From: an uncultured Gemmatimonadaceae bacterium
GTDB taxonomy: Bacteria > Gemmatimonadota > Gemmatimonadetes > Gemmatimonadales > Gemmatimonadaceae
NCBI GenBank assembly: GCA_963829055.1
Contig: CAWHHI010000016.1
Span: 1,120,001-1,184,000 of the forward strand
DNA length: 64,000 nt
Direction of reading: 5' to 3'
Shown here: one piece after another, positions 1 to 9,999 of the stretch
How the letters are laid out: each line of letters begins with the position of its first letter
Position numbering within the stretch: position 1 is the first letter of the stretch
Position numbers and translations under genes: made by a program
The notes under the pieces: generated by a model
Told to the model about the DNA's origin: nothing
Databases searched by the model: none
The model's input: only the letters and a program-made list of their open reading frames with translations

Positions 1-1
1 G

Positions 2-718
2 GTCACCTGGAAGGAGTGGCAGGAGTTCCGCGATCAGCTGCTGTCGCTGCGCCGCGGCGGCCTGTCGGCGCTGATCCTCGCGCTCATTCTCGGCGTCGTG
101 GCGCCGGTGCAGCTCGGACCGGAATGGGTGCACTCCAGGATCGTCATTGCGTACTGGCCATTCCTCGCCGCCACGATGGTCTCGTCGCTCATTGCCGATT
201 CGGTCGCGGGAGAACGCGAGCGGCACACGCTCGAGACGCTGCTGGCGAGTCGATTGTCCGATTCGGCGATCCTCATCGGGAAGATCATCGCTGCCGTGCT
301 GTATGGGGTGGGGTTCGCCGTCGCGAACATGCTGATCGGTCTCGTCGCGGTGAACATCGCCTATCGCGAGAGCGCGCCCATTCTGTTTGCACCGCAGCGG
401 TTCGCGGTGACCATCATCCTCACAATTCTGGCCTCGCTGCTCATGGCCGGCATTGGCGTGTTCATCTCGCTCCGCGCGTCGACCGTCAAACAGGCGCAGC
501 AGGCGTTTGGGATCGCGATCATTGTCATCACCATGGGGCCGCTGCTGCTGTTCAACGCGCTGGCGCCGGAGATGCGTGAAAGCCTCGTGCGGCGCATTGC
601 GGACGTCGGAGAGTCCCGAATGGAGACCTATGCGGTCGGGATGCTCTTCGTCATGTCCGCGATTGTGATCGGCGTGGCGCTCGCGAGGTTCAAGCGAGGC
701 AAGCTGGTGCTGGACTGA
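2..718 (+). CDS. ABC-2 type transporter permease (5' truncated by window edge)
   Basis: Frame open from base 2 (VTWKEWQEFRDQ...); several TM segments; ABC-2 permease motif DSVAGERERHTLETLLASRLS...ILIGK. Confidence 0.8.
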   Translation, partial: VTWKEWQEFRDQLLSLRRGGLSALILALILGVVAPVQLGPEWVHSRIVIAYWPFLAATMVSSLIADSVAGERERHTLETLLASRLSDSAILIGKIIAAVLYGVGFAVANMLIGLVAVNIAYRESAPILFAPQRFAVTIILTILASLLMAGIGVFISLRASTVKQAQQAFGIAIIVITMGPLLLFNALAPEMRESLVRRIADVGESRMETYAVGMLFVMSAIVIGVALARFKRGKLVLD

Positions 719-756
719 CTAACCCCGGCCAAGCCTTCTCCGGGTTTATCGCCAAA

Positions 757-765
757 TGCTATATT
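757..765 (+). promoter_or_regulatory. Extended -10 element (TGcTATATT) 5 nt before the iscS ATG; probable leaderless promoter
   Basis: TGnTATATT directly upstream of ATG 771 with no Shine-Dalgarno. Confidence 0.5.
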
Positions 766-770
766 GACTT

Positions 771-1931
771 ATGCCACAGCCCGTCTATCTCGACCACGCA
801 GCGACCACGCCGGTGCGCCCGGAGGTCGTCGCAGCGATGGAACCGTTCTACGGTCCGCGATTCGGCAATCCCTCGAGCGTTCATCGTTGGGGGCGTGAGG
901 CGCGCGCTGCTCTGGACGAGGCGCGTGAGCGCGTTGCCCGGTGCCTTGGTGCAAAGCCGGACGAGGTGTGCTTCACGTCTGGGGGCACGGAAGCGGACAA
1001 CCTCGCGATCCTCGGCCCACTGCGCTCGCAGCGCGCGAAGGGACGCACCGCGATCGTCACGTCTCCGATCGAGCACAAGGCCGTGCTCGAGACCGTGCAT
1101 CACGCGGCGCGCAATGGCGTGACGGAGCGCATGCTCGGCGTTCTGCCTAACGGCGTGGTCGATCTGTCGTCCGTCGATGACGTCGTTGACGACTCGGTGG
1201 CCGTGTGCACGGTCATGTGGGTCAACAACGAGATCGGAACCATCCAGCCCGTTCCGGAGATCGCGAAGGCCGTGAAGGCGCGTGGTGGCGTCATGCACAC
1301 GGATGCCGTGCAGGCATTCGGCAAGCTCGCCATCGATGTGAAGACCGTGCCCGTCGACCTCCTGACGATTTCAGGGCACAAGATCGGAGCGCCAAAGGGC
1401 GTCGGCGCGATGTTCATCCGACGCGGCACACAGATCGACCCAATGTTCCATGGTGGATCTCAGGATCGCGGACGACGTCCAGGGACCGAGAACGTTGCTG
1501 CTGCCGTCGCGCTTGCGTGTGCGGCGGAGTTGGCGATCGCCGAGCACGACGCCGAGTGTACGCGTCTCGCGTCGCTGCGAGATGCGCTGGAGGAGGGATT
1601 GGTGGCGCGCATCCCCAATGCGGTCGTGCACGGCCGGGGTGCACCGCGAGCGGCGCACATTCTCAACCTCTCTGTTCCCGGCACCGACAGCGAATCGCTG
1701 CTCATGGCGCTCGACCTCGCGGGTGTTGCGGCCTCCTCTGGCTCTGCGTGTCAGAGCGGAAGCGTCACGCCATCGCACGTGCTGCGGGCCATGGGTGTTC
1801 GTCCGGAGCTCGCGGTGGCGGCCATTCGCATGAGCCTCGGCGCGCTCACGACGCCGGAGTGCGTGAGCCGCGTCGTCGAGCTGTTCCCTGCCCTGATCGC
1901 GAAGGCCCGCCGCCTGTCTGGTGTGGCGTAG
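771..1931 (+). CDS. iscS: Cysteine desulfurase, IscS/NifS group I
   Basis: YLDHAATTP, FTSGGTEADN, HTDAVQ, PLP lysine in SGHK, SSGSAC catalytic Cys; adjacent to mnmA. Confidence 0.93.
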   Translation: MPQPVYLDHAATTPVRPEVVAAMEPFYGPRFGNPSSVHRWGREARAALDEARERVARCLGAKPDEVCFTSGGTEADNLAILGPLRSQRAKGRTAIVTSPIEHKAVLETVHHAARNGVTERMLGVLPNGVVDLSSVDDVVDDSVAVCTVMWVNNEIGTIQPVPEIAKAVKARGGVMHTDAVQAFGKLAIDVKTVPVDLLTISGHKIGAPKGVGAMFIRRGTQIDPMFHGGSQDRGRRPGTENVAAAVALACAAELAIAEHDAECTRLASLRDALEEGLVARIPNAVVHGRGAPRAAHILNLSVPGTDSESLLMALDLAGVAASSGSACQSGSVTPSHVLRAMGVRPELAVAAIRMSLGALTTPECVSRVVELFPALIAKARRLSGVA

Positions 1932-1937
1932 CTGATC

Positions 1938-3041
1938 ATGGGAGAGCGCGTGCTGGTCGCCATGTCTGGCGGCGTCGATTCATCGGTCGCCGCGGCGATG
2001 CTCGTCGAGCAGGGCTACGACGTCATCGGCGCGACGATGAAGCTGTTCTGCTACGGCGACGACGTTCCCGACCGGCCGTGCTGCTCGCTCGACTCCATCA
2101 ACGACGCGCGGCGCGTCTGCGAGAAGCTCGGCGTGCCGCACTACGTGCTCAACCTCGAGAGCGCGTTCAGTCGCGACGTGATCAATGACTTCGTCGCCGA
2201 GTACGCGGCCGGCCGCACGCCGATTCCGTGCGTCCGCTGCAACACGTTCACGAAGTTTCGGGATCTGTTGCGCAAGGCCGACGCGCTGGACGCACCGTGG
2301 ATCGCCACCGGCCACTACGCGCGCACGCGGAACGGAGAGTTGCTGCGCGGCCGGGACGCGGGCAAGGACCAGAGCTACTTCCTGTGGGGCATCGACCGCT
2401 CCGTCGTTAGGCGCATGCTGCTGCCCGTCGGCGAGATGACGAAGCCCGAGACGCGCGATCGGGCTCGAGCTCTGGGTCTCACGGTGGTGGCGGACAAAGT
2501 CGAGAGCCAGGACATTTGCTTCGTGCCCGACGGCGATCACGCGAAGATCATCGCCCGCCGGCTGGGCGCCGACACGCCGTCGCTCGCCAGAGGCCCCGTA
2601 GTCCTCGTAGACGGCACTGTAGTGGGCGAACACGAAGGGTACGCCCGCTACACCATAGGCCAGCGGCGGGGCGTTCCTGGGGGATTCTCGGAGCCGATGT
2701 ACGTGGTCGGGATCCGGCCGGCTGACCGGGCGGTGGTCATCGGCCCGCGGGATGCATTGCTGGGGCGCGGCGTCGTGGCCTCCGAGATGAACTGGCTCGT
2801 CGACGCGCTGCCGGTCGGGTCACCGGTCCAGGTCCAGGTGCGCCACCGCGGAACACCCACGCCTGCGGAGATCGTTCGCATCCAGGGTGGAGAGATCGAG
2901 CTCGCGCTGGAGGAGCCAGTGGCGGCGATCACGCCGGGCCAGTCGCTCGTGCTGTACGATGGCGAGCGTGTCCTGGGTGGCGGTTTCATCGAGCGCGGCG
3001 GTGCCGCAGCGCGGATGACACTCCCGGTGCTGGCTGCCTAA
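1938..3041 (+). CDS. mnmA: tRNA 2-thiouridylase MnmA
   Basis: VAMSGGVDSS PP-loop, TPIPCVRCN, ATGHYA, KDQSYFL, SQDICF, TIGQRRG, PGQ. Confidence 0.96.
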   Translation: MGERVLVAMSGGVDSSVAAAMLVEQGYDVIGATMKLFCYGDDVPDRPCCSLDSINDARRVCEKLGVPHYVLNLESAFSRDVINDFVAEYAAGRTPIPCVRCNTFTKFRDLLRKADALDAPWIATGHYARTRNGELLRGRDAGKDQSYFLWGIDRSVVRRMLLPVGEMTKPETRDRARALGLTVVADKVESQDICFVPDGDHAKIIARRLGADTPSLARGPVVLVDGTVVGEHEGYARYTIGQRRGVPGGFSEPMYVVGIRPADRAVVIGPRDALLGRGVVASEMNWLVDALPVGSPVQVQVRHRGTPTPAEIVRIQGGEIELALEEPVAAITPGQSLVLYDGERVLGGGFIERGGAAARMTLPVLAA

Positions 3042-3080
3042 CGATCCAGATGTGGCGATCCAGTTCACCGCGCCAGGGCC

Positions 3081-3423
3081 GGTGGGGACTACGATTTGGC
3101 GGATCGGTACTGCGAAACTACCGGATACGGCTTTGCATTCCCGGCCGCTTCGCGCCGCGGTCGATGGGAACTGCGATTGGGCGGATGAAACGGAAGAAGC
3201 AGGATACCGCTCGGTAGATCCCGCTCCTCACGCAACGAGCCGGGATTGGTGGGAACGGCCGCTCGGGAGACTCCTGCGTCCCGAGCGGCCGATCCCATTC
3301 ATTCATGGTCTGCCACGAGCCAGCGTCGAATGCAAAGTTGTATCCGGCCGTTTTCCGTGTCATCCGCCAAATCGCAGTTCCCACCGACCGCGGCGGGACG
3401 ATGCGTGAATGCAAAGCCGTGTC
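3081..3423. repeat. Composite intergenic repeat: about 80-bp units in direct and inverted orientation around a 13-bp-stem hairpin (REP/BIME-like)
   Basis: Unit GGTGGGAACTGCGATTTGGCGGAT...CCGGATAC(G/A)(G/A)CTTTGCATTC at 3081-3140 and about 3153-3207 (+), inverted at 3328-3395 and partially at 3407-3423; hairpin CGGCCGCTCGGGA/TCCCGAGCGGCCG at 3256-3291. Confidence 0.8.
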
Positions 3424-4585
3424 AGTACTTCAGGCCACCCGCCTCGGCGAACTCGCGCATCATCCGCTCCTGCTCCTCCGAGAGCTTCTCGGGCACCGAG
3501 ATCTGTACCTCTATGATCAGGTCACCGCGCTGCCCGTCCTTGTCGATCCCCTGACCTCGGACCCGGAAACGTCGGCCCGACGCCGTCCCAGCCGGGATGC
3601 GGATCGCGACGCGCTTGCCATCGAGCGTCTTCACGCTGATCCGCGAGCCTAACGTCGCCTGCGCGATGTTGATCGGCACCGTCGCGATGAGGTCGAGTCC
3701 TTCGCGCTTGAAGAAGCGATCCGGCAGCACCTGCAACGTGATGATGAGATCGCCCGGTGGCGCACCAGCCGATCCACGACCGCCCTGCCCTTTGAGACGA
3801 ATCTTCGTCCCGGTATCCGAACCAGCAGGCACAGTGATCATCACCTTCTTGCGATTCCGCACTTCACCGGCGCCGTTGCACTTCGGGCATCGCTCCGACG
3901 GAATCTGCCCACGGCCAAGACACATCGGGCACGGACGGTTCACCGCGAATCCGCCCTGACCGAACGAGATCACGCCACGCCCGTTGCACTCCGGACACGT
4001 CTTCAGCGTCGCGCCCGGCGCCGCGCCGGATCCATTGCAGACATCGCACTCCTCGTTGACCTCGAGCTCGACCGACACCTTGTCGCCAACGGCCGCCACG
4101 CGGAACGGGACCTCGAGCGTCGTTTCGACCGTCTGACCGCGCTGTTCAGCGCGCGGCCGCGCGCCAGCGGCACCCGGCCGCTCCGCTCCGCCGCCACCGA
4201 ACATGGACGCGAAGAGATCGCCCAGCCCGCCGATGCCGCCAATGTCGAAGTCCTGAAAGCGGAAATCCTGCTGTTGCCCCGCGCCAGGCGACCCGCCACT
4301 CGGGCGCGGGCCGCCTGAAGGGCGCGCGCCACCACCACGCGCGCCACCAAAGCCGGAGAACGCGCCGAGACGTCGCATGTCATCGTACTGTTTCCGCTTC
4401 TCGGCATCTCCGAGAACGGTGTAGGCCTCCGAGATCTCCTTGAAGCGCTCGGCGGCTTTCGCGTCGTTCAGGTTCTTGTCGGGATGGTGCTTGGCGGCGA
4501 GCCGGCGGTATTGCTTCTTGATCTCGTCCTGGGATGCGGACGACGAGACCCCGAGGACCGCGTAGAAGTCCTTCGTTTGCGCCAT
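3422..4585 (-). CDS. dnaJ: Chaperone DnaJ
   Basis: J-domain HPD, G/F-rich linker, four CxxCxGxG zinc repeats. Confidence 0.96.
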   Translation of the reverse strand: MAQTKDFYAVLGVSSSASQDEIKKQYRRLAAKHHPDKNLNDAKAAERFKEISEAYTVLGDAEKRKQYDDMRRLGAFSGFGGARGGGARPSGGPRPSGGSPGAGQQQDFRFQDFDIGGIGGLGDLFASMFGGGGAERPGAAGARPRAEQRGQTVETTLEVPFRVAAVGDKVSVELEVNEECDVCNGSGAAPGATLKTCPECNGRGVISFGQGGFAVNRPCPMCLGRGQIPSERCPKCNGAGEVRNRKKVMITVPAGSDTGTKIRLKGQGGRGSAGAPPGDLIITLQVLPDRFFKREGLDLIATVPINIAQATLGSRISVKTLDGKRVAIRIPAGTASGRRFRVRGQGIDKDGQRGDLIIEVQISVPEKLSEEQERMMREFAEAGGLKY

Positions 4586-4604
4586 GGATCAGGTCACGGG
4601 TCTG

Positions 4605-5246
4605 TCAGCCGTTCCACTGCTTTACGACCACGCGGGCCGGACGCAGCAACTGGCCGTTGAAGACGTAGCCACGCTGGTAGACCTTCCCCACCATGTGGTC
4701 GTCCTCCGGCGATAGTGCGGGCTCGGTACCGACAGCCTCGTGCACCTTTGGGTCGAACGGGTGATCGATCGGGTCAATGACTTCCAGGCCGTGCCCGGCC
4801 AGCGACTTCATCATTTTCTTCTCGACCATGTCGGCCCCCTGCACGACGGTCGATGAATCCACCGTCGCGGGGTCGACGTGGGCGAAACGGGTGAGGTCGT
4901 CGAGCGCCTCGATCAGTCCGCGAACCATCTCGCCCTGCGCCCGCCAACCAGCCTCCTGACGCTCGCGAGCCGCGCGCTTCCGGAAGTTGTCGTACTCGGC
5001 TGCGAGTCGCAGATGCTTTTCCCGCTGCTCGTCGACGCGGCGACGCCAGTCGTCGCGCGTGGAGAGCTGGGCAACGTCGCTTTCGGTGTCGGGGGCCGCG
5101 CTGCCATCGCCCTGTTCACTCTCTGGAGACTGCTCGGTCGGAGGCATCTGATCGCCGTCGCCACTTTCCCACGCGTCACTGCCTGCCGCGCGCTCGAAAG
5201 CGTCCTCCGAATTCGAAGGGTCGGAATTCCGTTTCTTATCGTTCAT
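4605..5246 (-). CDS. grpE: Nucleotide exchange factor GrpE
   Basis: RLAAEYDNFRKR, FDPKVHEAV, YQRGY...LLRPARVVV. Confidence 0.95.
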   Translation of the reverse strand: MNDKKRNSDPSNSEDAFERAAGSDAWESGDGDQMPPTEQSPESEQGDGSAAPDTESDVAQLSTRDDWRRRVDEQREKHLRLAAEYDNFRKRAARERQEAGWRAQGEMVRGLIEALDDLTRFAHVDPATVDSSTVVQGADMVEKKMMKSLAGHGLEVIDPIDHPFDPKVHEAVGTEPALSPEDDHMVGKVYQRGYVFNGQLLRPARVVVKQWNG

Positions 5247-5384
5247 TGCAACGCCGCTAGGGTCCGGTGAAATGTCTTCCGCTCATGCACGGGGTGCAAC
5301 ACGCCCACATGAGATGTGCCGAGATGTGTGGTGACAACGGGCAACGCCTGTGCCCTGAACGTCTGCCGATGCGGCAGACCCGGT

Positions 5385-6635
5385 TCAGCCAGCCACCATT
5401 CGTCGTACGAGATCCAACGCCGCCTGTGTCGCGCGGAAGCGAATCTCCGCACGATCGCCGATGAACCGCGACCCGTGAGTGCGCACGTCGCCCCGGACGT
5501 CTACCGCCATCCAGACCAGCCCCACGGGCTTGTCCGGTGTGCCGCCGCCAGGGCCGGCGACGCCGGTGATCGAAACGCCGATATCGACGCCGAGTCGGCG
5601 GCGTACACCAGTCGCCATCTCGCTCGCCACTTCTTCGCTCACAGCGCCATGGCGCTCGAGCGACTCCGTGGTCACCCCCAGAAGACCCTTCTTGACGCCG
5701 TTCGAGTACGCGATGACTCCGCCGATCACGACGGAGCTCGACCCCGATATGGCCGTGAGCCGAGCGCCGAGCAAGCCGCCGGTACAGCTCTCTGCGACAG
5801 CAATGGTGAGACCGCGCGCGTCACACTCGTTCAGCACCACTGACGCGAGGTCGGTTTGATTCTCGGCGTATGCATAACGCGCCGCGATTTCGCGGAGCGC
5901 CGCGATCCCCTCCGTGAGAGCGGCGTCCGCGGCGTCGGGCGCGAGATCCCGTGCGGTGAGCCGCAGGTCGACACCTTCCTGGCCCGGCAGGTACGCGAGT
6001 GACAAGCCGTCGATCCCATCGGCCAGCGGACCAAGCAGCTCGGCGAGCTTCGACTCGGCCACGCCGGTGGTTCGCAGTGTTCGCGATCGCACGACGACGC
6101 GCTGCTGGCCATCGAGTCGAGCGGTGAGACGTGGGAAAAGCTCGTCAGCGAGCATGCCACGCATCTCGCGCGGCACGCCTGGCAACATCGCGCACCAGCG
6201 TCCACGCTCGTCTTCCAGCCAGATCCCGGGTGCCGTGCCGTGCCGATTCGTGAGGACCGTGGCGCCACGCGGGATCATGATCTGCGTGCGATTTGTTTCC
6301 GGTATCTCACCACGCCCGCGTTCCTTCCACAACGCGCGCAACGCCTCCCACCTATCCTCGTCAGGCACCAGATCGCGACCGAACAGCTCCGCAATGGCAG
6401 GACGCGTGCGATCGTCGCTCGTCGGCCCGAGCCCTCCGGTGGTGATGACAGCGCCGGTTCGATCGAGCGCCTCGCGAACAGCGGACGCGATGTCGTTTGC
6501 ATCGTCGCCCACGGTTGCTCGCCGGACGATAGACACCCCGATGGACGCGAGCTCACGCGCGAGGTGCGCAGCGTTGGTGTCGACGGTGTACCCGAGCAGC
6601 AGCTCGTCACCGATCGTGATGATTTCGAGAAGCAT
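5385..6635 (-). CDS. cinA: Competence/damage-inducible protein CinA (MoCF-like domain + NMN deamidase)
   Basis: IGDELLLG..VDTN, GGLGPTSDD, AESCTGG, SITGVAGPGGG. Confidence 0.93.
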   Translation of the reverse strand: MLLEIITIGDELLLGYTVDTNAAHLARELASIGVSIVRRATVGDDANDIASAVREALDRTGAVITTGGLGPTSDDRTRPAIAELFGRDLVPDEDRWEALRALWKERGRGEIPETNRTQIMIPRGATVLTNRHGTAPGIWLEDERGRWCAMLPGVPREMRGMLADELFPRLTARLDGQQRVVVRSRTLRTTGVAESKLAELLGPLADGIDGLSLAYLPGQEGVDLRLTARDLAPDAADAALTEGIAALREIAARYAYAENQTDLASVVLNECDARGLTIAVAESCTGGLLGARLTAISGSSSVVIGGVIAYSNGVKKGLLGVTTESLERHGAVSEEVASEMATGVRRRLGVDIGVSITGVAGPGGGTPDKPVGLVWMAVDVRGDVRTHGSRFIGDRAEIRFRATQAALDLVRRMVAG

Positions 6636-6675
6636 GGAAGAAAGCTATCAGCTGACGGCTGACAGCTCTCTATTT

Positions 6676-7404
6676 TTACCTTCCCGCTTCTCGCGGCGAA
6701 CCGCCGAGCACGTACCCGAACCGGCGCGCATACAGGCCAAGCGAGTACAGCGTGAGCCCCACGGCACCAATCATGGACACGGTCGATGCAATGCCGTTGA
6801 ACATCGCAAAGTAGCGCCACGCGTCGGACGTCCAGTGCATCTCTGTCGCTGCCGCCGCGGCGAAGAACCAGAAGAACGCCGATCCCGCCCACGCCGATTG
6901 AAAGCCCGTCTTCCATTTCGCCGGGCCGATGGCCGAGATGATGATGCCTCGGCGTGCGGCGTATTGGCGGAAGATCGTCATCAGCGCTTCGCGCCCGAGC
7001 ACGACGAGCACGACCCACAACGGGAAGCTCACGAGGCCAAACGGTGTCACCAGGGGCCACGCTTCGTGCGGACCCGACATCACGGGGCCGATCGTTCCCC
7101 GGACCGCCCAGTCGTCCGGCGCCGGCAGCGGCGACACCAGCGGGAGCCCGCGGGTGAGCCACCACATCGGCCCGAGCGTACAGAGCAGCAGGAGCTTGTC
7201 GGCAATCGGATCGAGGAGCCGCCCGAGGTCCGTCTCGAGGTTGCGCGACCGCGCGAGCTTGCCGTCGTAGTAGTCGGTCACCGCGGCCGCGACGTACAGC
7301 GCCCACGCGGCGAGGCGCAGTGGCCACGACGGCATGATCACCATCCACGCCACGACCGGCGCGACGGCAATGCGGACGGCGGTGATCGCGTTAGGCAGGT
7401 TCAC
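6676..7404 (-). CDS. pgsA: CDP-alcohol phosphatidyltransferase (PgsA-like)
   Basis: MNLPNAIT, DYYDGKLAR...GRLLDPIADK signature; next to cinA. Confidence 0.85.
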   Translation of the reverse strand: MNLPNAITAVRIAVAPVVAWMVIMPSWPLRLAAWALYVAAAVTDYYDGKLARSRNLETDLGRLLDPIADKLLLLCTLGPMWWLTRGLPLVSPLPAPDDWAVRGTIGPVMSGPHEAWPLVTPFGLVSFPLWVVLVVLGREALMTIFRQYAARRGIIISAIGPAKWKTGFQSAWAGSAFFWFFAAAAATEMHWTSDAWRYFAMFNGIASTVSMIGAVGLTLYSLGLYARRFGYVLGGSPREAGR

Positions 7405-7456
7405 GTGGACGGCGTTGCGGTGGACGGCAGTGGAAATCGTGACGGCGTACCAGGCG

Positions 7457-8134
7457 CTAGGCGAGCGACTTGAGCACCAGCTTGCTGACCGCTTTCAGCG
7501 TGTCGAACACTCCGTCGCCGCTGACCGCGACCCCTTCGAAATACGTCGCGCGTTCCACCCATTCGCCAGTGGGAATCTGCTCGATCAGATTCTCGCCGGC
7601 GTGGTACGGGTCCGGCGCCACGCGCTGCCGAGCGGCGTCACTCACTTCCCACCCTGGGTTGAGCTGTGCCTGCAAGTCGCGGATGGGCGCGGCATTCGGC
7701 AGATCGCGTTTGTTGTACTGGATGACGAACGGCATCTTCGGCAGATCGTACCCGTACTCGGCCATGTTGTCGTACAGGTTCTGCATCGACTCCTGATTCG
7801 CCTCCATACGCTCCATCTGGGAGTCGGCGACGAACACGATGCCGTCCACGCCTTTCAGAATGAGCTTCCGGCTCGCGTTGTAGTACACCTGCCCGGGCAC
7901 AGTGTACAGATGGAAACGCGTCTTGAAACCGCGGATCGTTCCGAGGTCAACGGGCAGGAAGTCGAAGAACAGGGTCCGCTCCGTTTCCGTCGCGAGCGAG
8001 ATGAGCTTCCCGCGCGTGCTCGGTGAGACCTTGCCGTAGACGTGTTCGAGGTTCGTCGTCTTGCCGCCGAGTCCCGGACCGTAATACACGATCTTACAGT
8101 TGATCTCGCGCGAGGCGTAGTTGATCATCGACAT
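7457..8134 (-). CDS. mglA: MglA small Ras-like GTPase
   Basis: [35 protein letters not shown]. Confidence 0.93.
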   Translation of the reverse strand: MSMINYASREINCKIVYYGPGLGGKTTNLEHVYGKVSPSTRGKLISLATETERTLFFDFLPVDLGTIRGFKTRFHLYTVPGQVYYNASRKLILKGVDGIVFVADSQMERMEANQESMQNLYDNMAEYGYDLPKMPFVIQYNKRDLPNAAPIRDLQAQLNPGWEVSDAARQRVAPDPYHAGENLIEQIPTGEWVERATYFEGVAVSGDGVFDTLKAVSKLVLKSLA

Positions 8135-8149
8135 CGGGTCGGCCTCGCG

Positions 8150-8635
8150 TTACTGGAACAATCGGTCGATCTCGTCGTCGGCATCGGCGAGAACGTTAGG
8201 CTGGCCGGCGCCGGATTGGCTTCGGCGGAACACTTCCTCGAACAACCGGGACAGCTCGTCGACAGTCTGTCGCATCTTCAGGCGCACGAGTCCGAGTGTC
8301 GTCCGGTTATCGAACAACACGACGAGAATGACGCGCCGCGCGACGTCCGCGAGGAGCATCGACTCTCGCTCTCCCTGATGGAAGAGAGTGTTGAAGTCGG
8401 TCTCCCCAATCAGTTTCGCCAGCTGATCGTTCGCGCTGAAGTCCGCCGCGGTGAGCGTCGCGAACGCCGTCGCGTCGAAGGTCGGCTTCTCACCGACCGT
8501 CGTCACGAGCTGGCCGCTGCGATCTACGAGGAGAGCGCATCGAGCGTTGCTGTCGTACAGAAATCGTTGCAGTAACTGGTTGATCGCCCCGAAATCATCC
8601 TCGGTGAACGACCAGCTCGTAGCACCTACGGGCAT
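8150..8635 (-). CDS. mglB: MglB roadblock/LC7 GTPase-activating protein
   Basis: LLVDRSGQ, LAKLIGE..F..LFHQGE, LGLVRL, C-terminal DDEIDRLF; directly upstream of mglA. Confidence 0.9.
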   Translation of the reverse strand: MPVGATSWSFTEDDFGAINQLLQRFLYDSNARCALLVDRSGQLVTTVGEKPTFDATAFATLTAADFSANDQLAKLIGETDFNTLFHQGERESMLLADVARRVILVVLFDNRTTLGLVRLKMRQTVDELSRLFEEVFRRSQSGAGQPNVLADADDEIDRLFQ

Positions 8636-8659
8636 GGCTCTCGTGGTTGGGCCGAAGCG

Positions 8660-8944
8660 TCAGGCCAGTTGGCGCTCGACCCGATCGAGGAGTCGGCGGG
8701 CGCGGCGCTTGAAATCATCGCGCTGCTCCCAGCGAATGTAGTCCCTGAGCAGGCTCGCCGTTTCCGGCGTGCGTTGCCCGCGGAGGTAGCTCAGCGCCGC
8801 GAACCGGCGCATCGGACGGGCGTTGAACAGGTCGCGCTTCCGCGCGTGCTGCTCGCGACTCCAGAGCAGAATGCCGGCCGCAAAGCCACCCACGAACCCC
8901 AGCGCGACAAGGCGCGATCCGCGTGCGCTCGACGTGAACGCCAT
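8660..8944 (-). CDS. Small membrane-anchored hypothetical protein
   Basis: N-terminal hydrophobic helix; tightly packed between recR and mglB. Confidence 0.65.
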   Translation of the reverse strand: MAFTSSARGSRLVALGFVGGFAAGILLWSREQHARKRDLFNARPMRRFAALSYLRGQRTPETASLLRDYIRWEQRDDFKRRARRLLDRVERQLA

Positions 8945-8947
8945 GGC

Positions 8948-9538
8948 TCAGACCATCTCCCGGCGTGCGGAAAGCGCCTGCGCAATGGTCACGCCGTCTG
9001 CGTATTCGAGGTCGCCGCCAACAGGAAGCCCACGCGCGATCCGCGTGACGGCAAGACGATAGGGTGCAAGCTGTCGCTGAACGTACAACGCTGTTGCCTC
9101 CCCCTCGAGACTTGGATTTGTGGCGATGATCACCTCGCGAACCCCACCCTGCGACACACGATCCACGAGGCGGTCGATGGTCAGATCCTCGGGGCCGACG
9201 CCATCGAGCGGCGAGAGCCGGCCACCGAGCACATGATACAGGCCTCTGAACTCACCGGCGCGTTCGATTGCGCCGATATCCGACGCTTCTTCGACGGCGC
9301 AAATGAGCGCGGCGTCACGCCTCTGATCACGGCAAATCGCGCACAACTCTTCCTCGGTCAGATTGAAGCACCGAGTGCATGGCCGGACTCGCTCAGCGAG
9401 CGTGACGAGCGCCGTTGCCAGCCGCTGGCTGAGCTCGGCCGGCTGCCGCAGGAGGTGGTACGTGAGCCGCAACGCCGTCTTCCGGCCAATACCGGGGAGG
9501 CGTGAGAGCTCGGTCGCAAGATCCTCGATAGCGGACAC
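8948..9538 (-). CDS. recR: Recombination protein RecR
   Basis: LPGIGRKTA HhH, C4 zinc finger, TOPRIM (YHVLGG, NPSLEGEATA, RIARGLPVGG). Confidence 0.96.
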   Translation of the reverse strand: MSAIEDLATELSRLPGIGRKTALRLTYHLLRQPAELSQRLATALVTLAERVRPCTRCFNLTEEELCAICRDQRRDAALICAVEEASDIGAIERAGEFRGLYHVLGGRLSPLDGVGPEDLTIDRLVDRVSQGGVREVIIATNPSLEGEATALYVQRQLAPYRLAVTRIARGLPVGGDLEYADGVTIAQALSARREMV

Positions 9539-9563
9539 TAGCGGGAACCGCCTGACGCGGCTC

Positions 9564-9881
9564 TCAGAACGGCAGCTTGAACGGGAGGTTCATCCCGCCT
9601 GCGAGCTTGCCCATCTCCTCCTGCGCCAGATCCGCGGCCTTCTTCTGCGCTTCGACCACCGCCACGAGGACGAGATCCTCGAGCATTTCGACGTCCAATG
9701 CGTTCACGACCGTCGGGTCGATCTTGATCTTGCGGATCTGACCCTTTCCGTCGGCCTCGACGGAGACCATACCGCCGCCCGACGCCGCGTTGACGGTGCG
9801 AGATTCGAGGTCGTCCTGAATCTTCTTGAGTTGACCCTGCATCTGCTGCGCCTGCTGCAGGATCTTCATGATGTCGGCCAT
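9564..9881 (-). CDS. ebfC: YbaB/EbfC nucleoid-associated protein
   Basis: MKILQQAQQMQ, SGGGMVSV, DVEMLEDLV; dnaX-ybaB-recR synteny; start set at ATG 9881. Confidence 0.92.
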   Translation of the reverse strand: MADIMKILQQAQQMQGQLKKIQDDLESRTVNAASGGGMVSVEADGKGQIRKIKIDPTVVNALDVEMLEDLVLVAVVEAQKKAADLAQEEMGKLAGGMNLPFKLPF

Positions 9882-9999
9882 CGAGACGCTTGGGCTCTGG
9901 TGAAGTGGCGAAAAGCTATTCGGCGCTCGCGTCGCACCGCAAGCGGACACGGACGTGCCTGCCTCTGGGTGTTTCTGTCTCTGGTCGACGCTGGAAGAA

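Noticed and set aside
3081..3423. CRISPR array
   Set aside because: Units are degenerate, occur in both orientations and number fewer than four full copies; no cas genes
5243..5385. CIRCE element or small CDS upstream of grpE-dnaJ
   Set aside because: No TTAGCACTC-N9-GAGTGCTAA; the ORF is short and featureless
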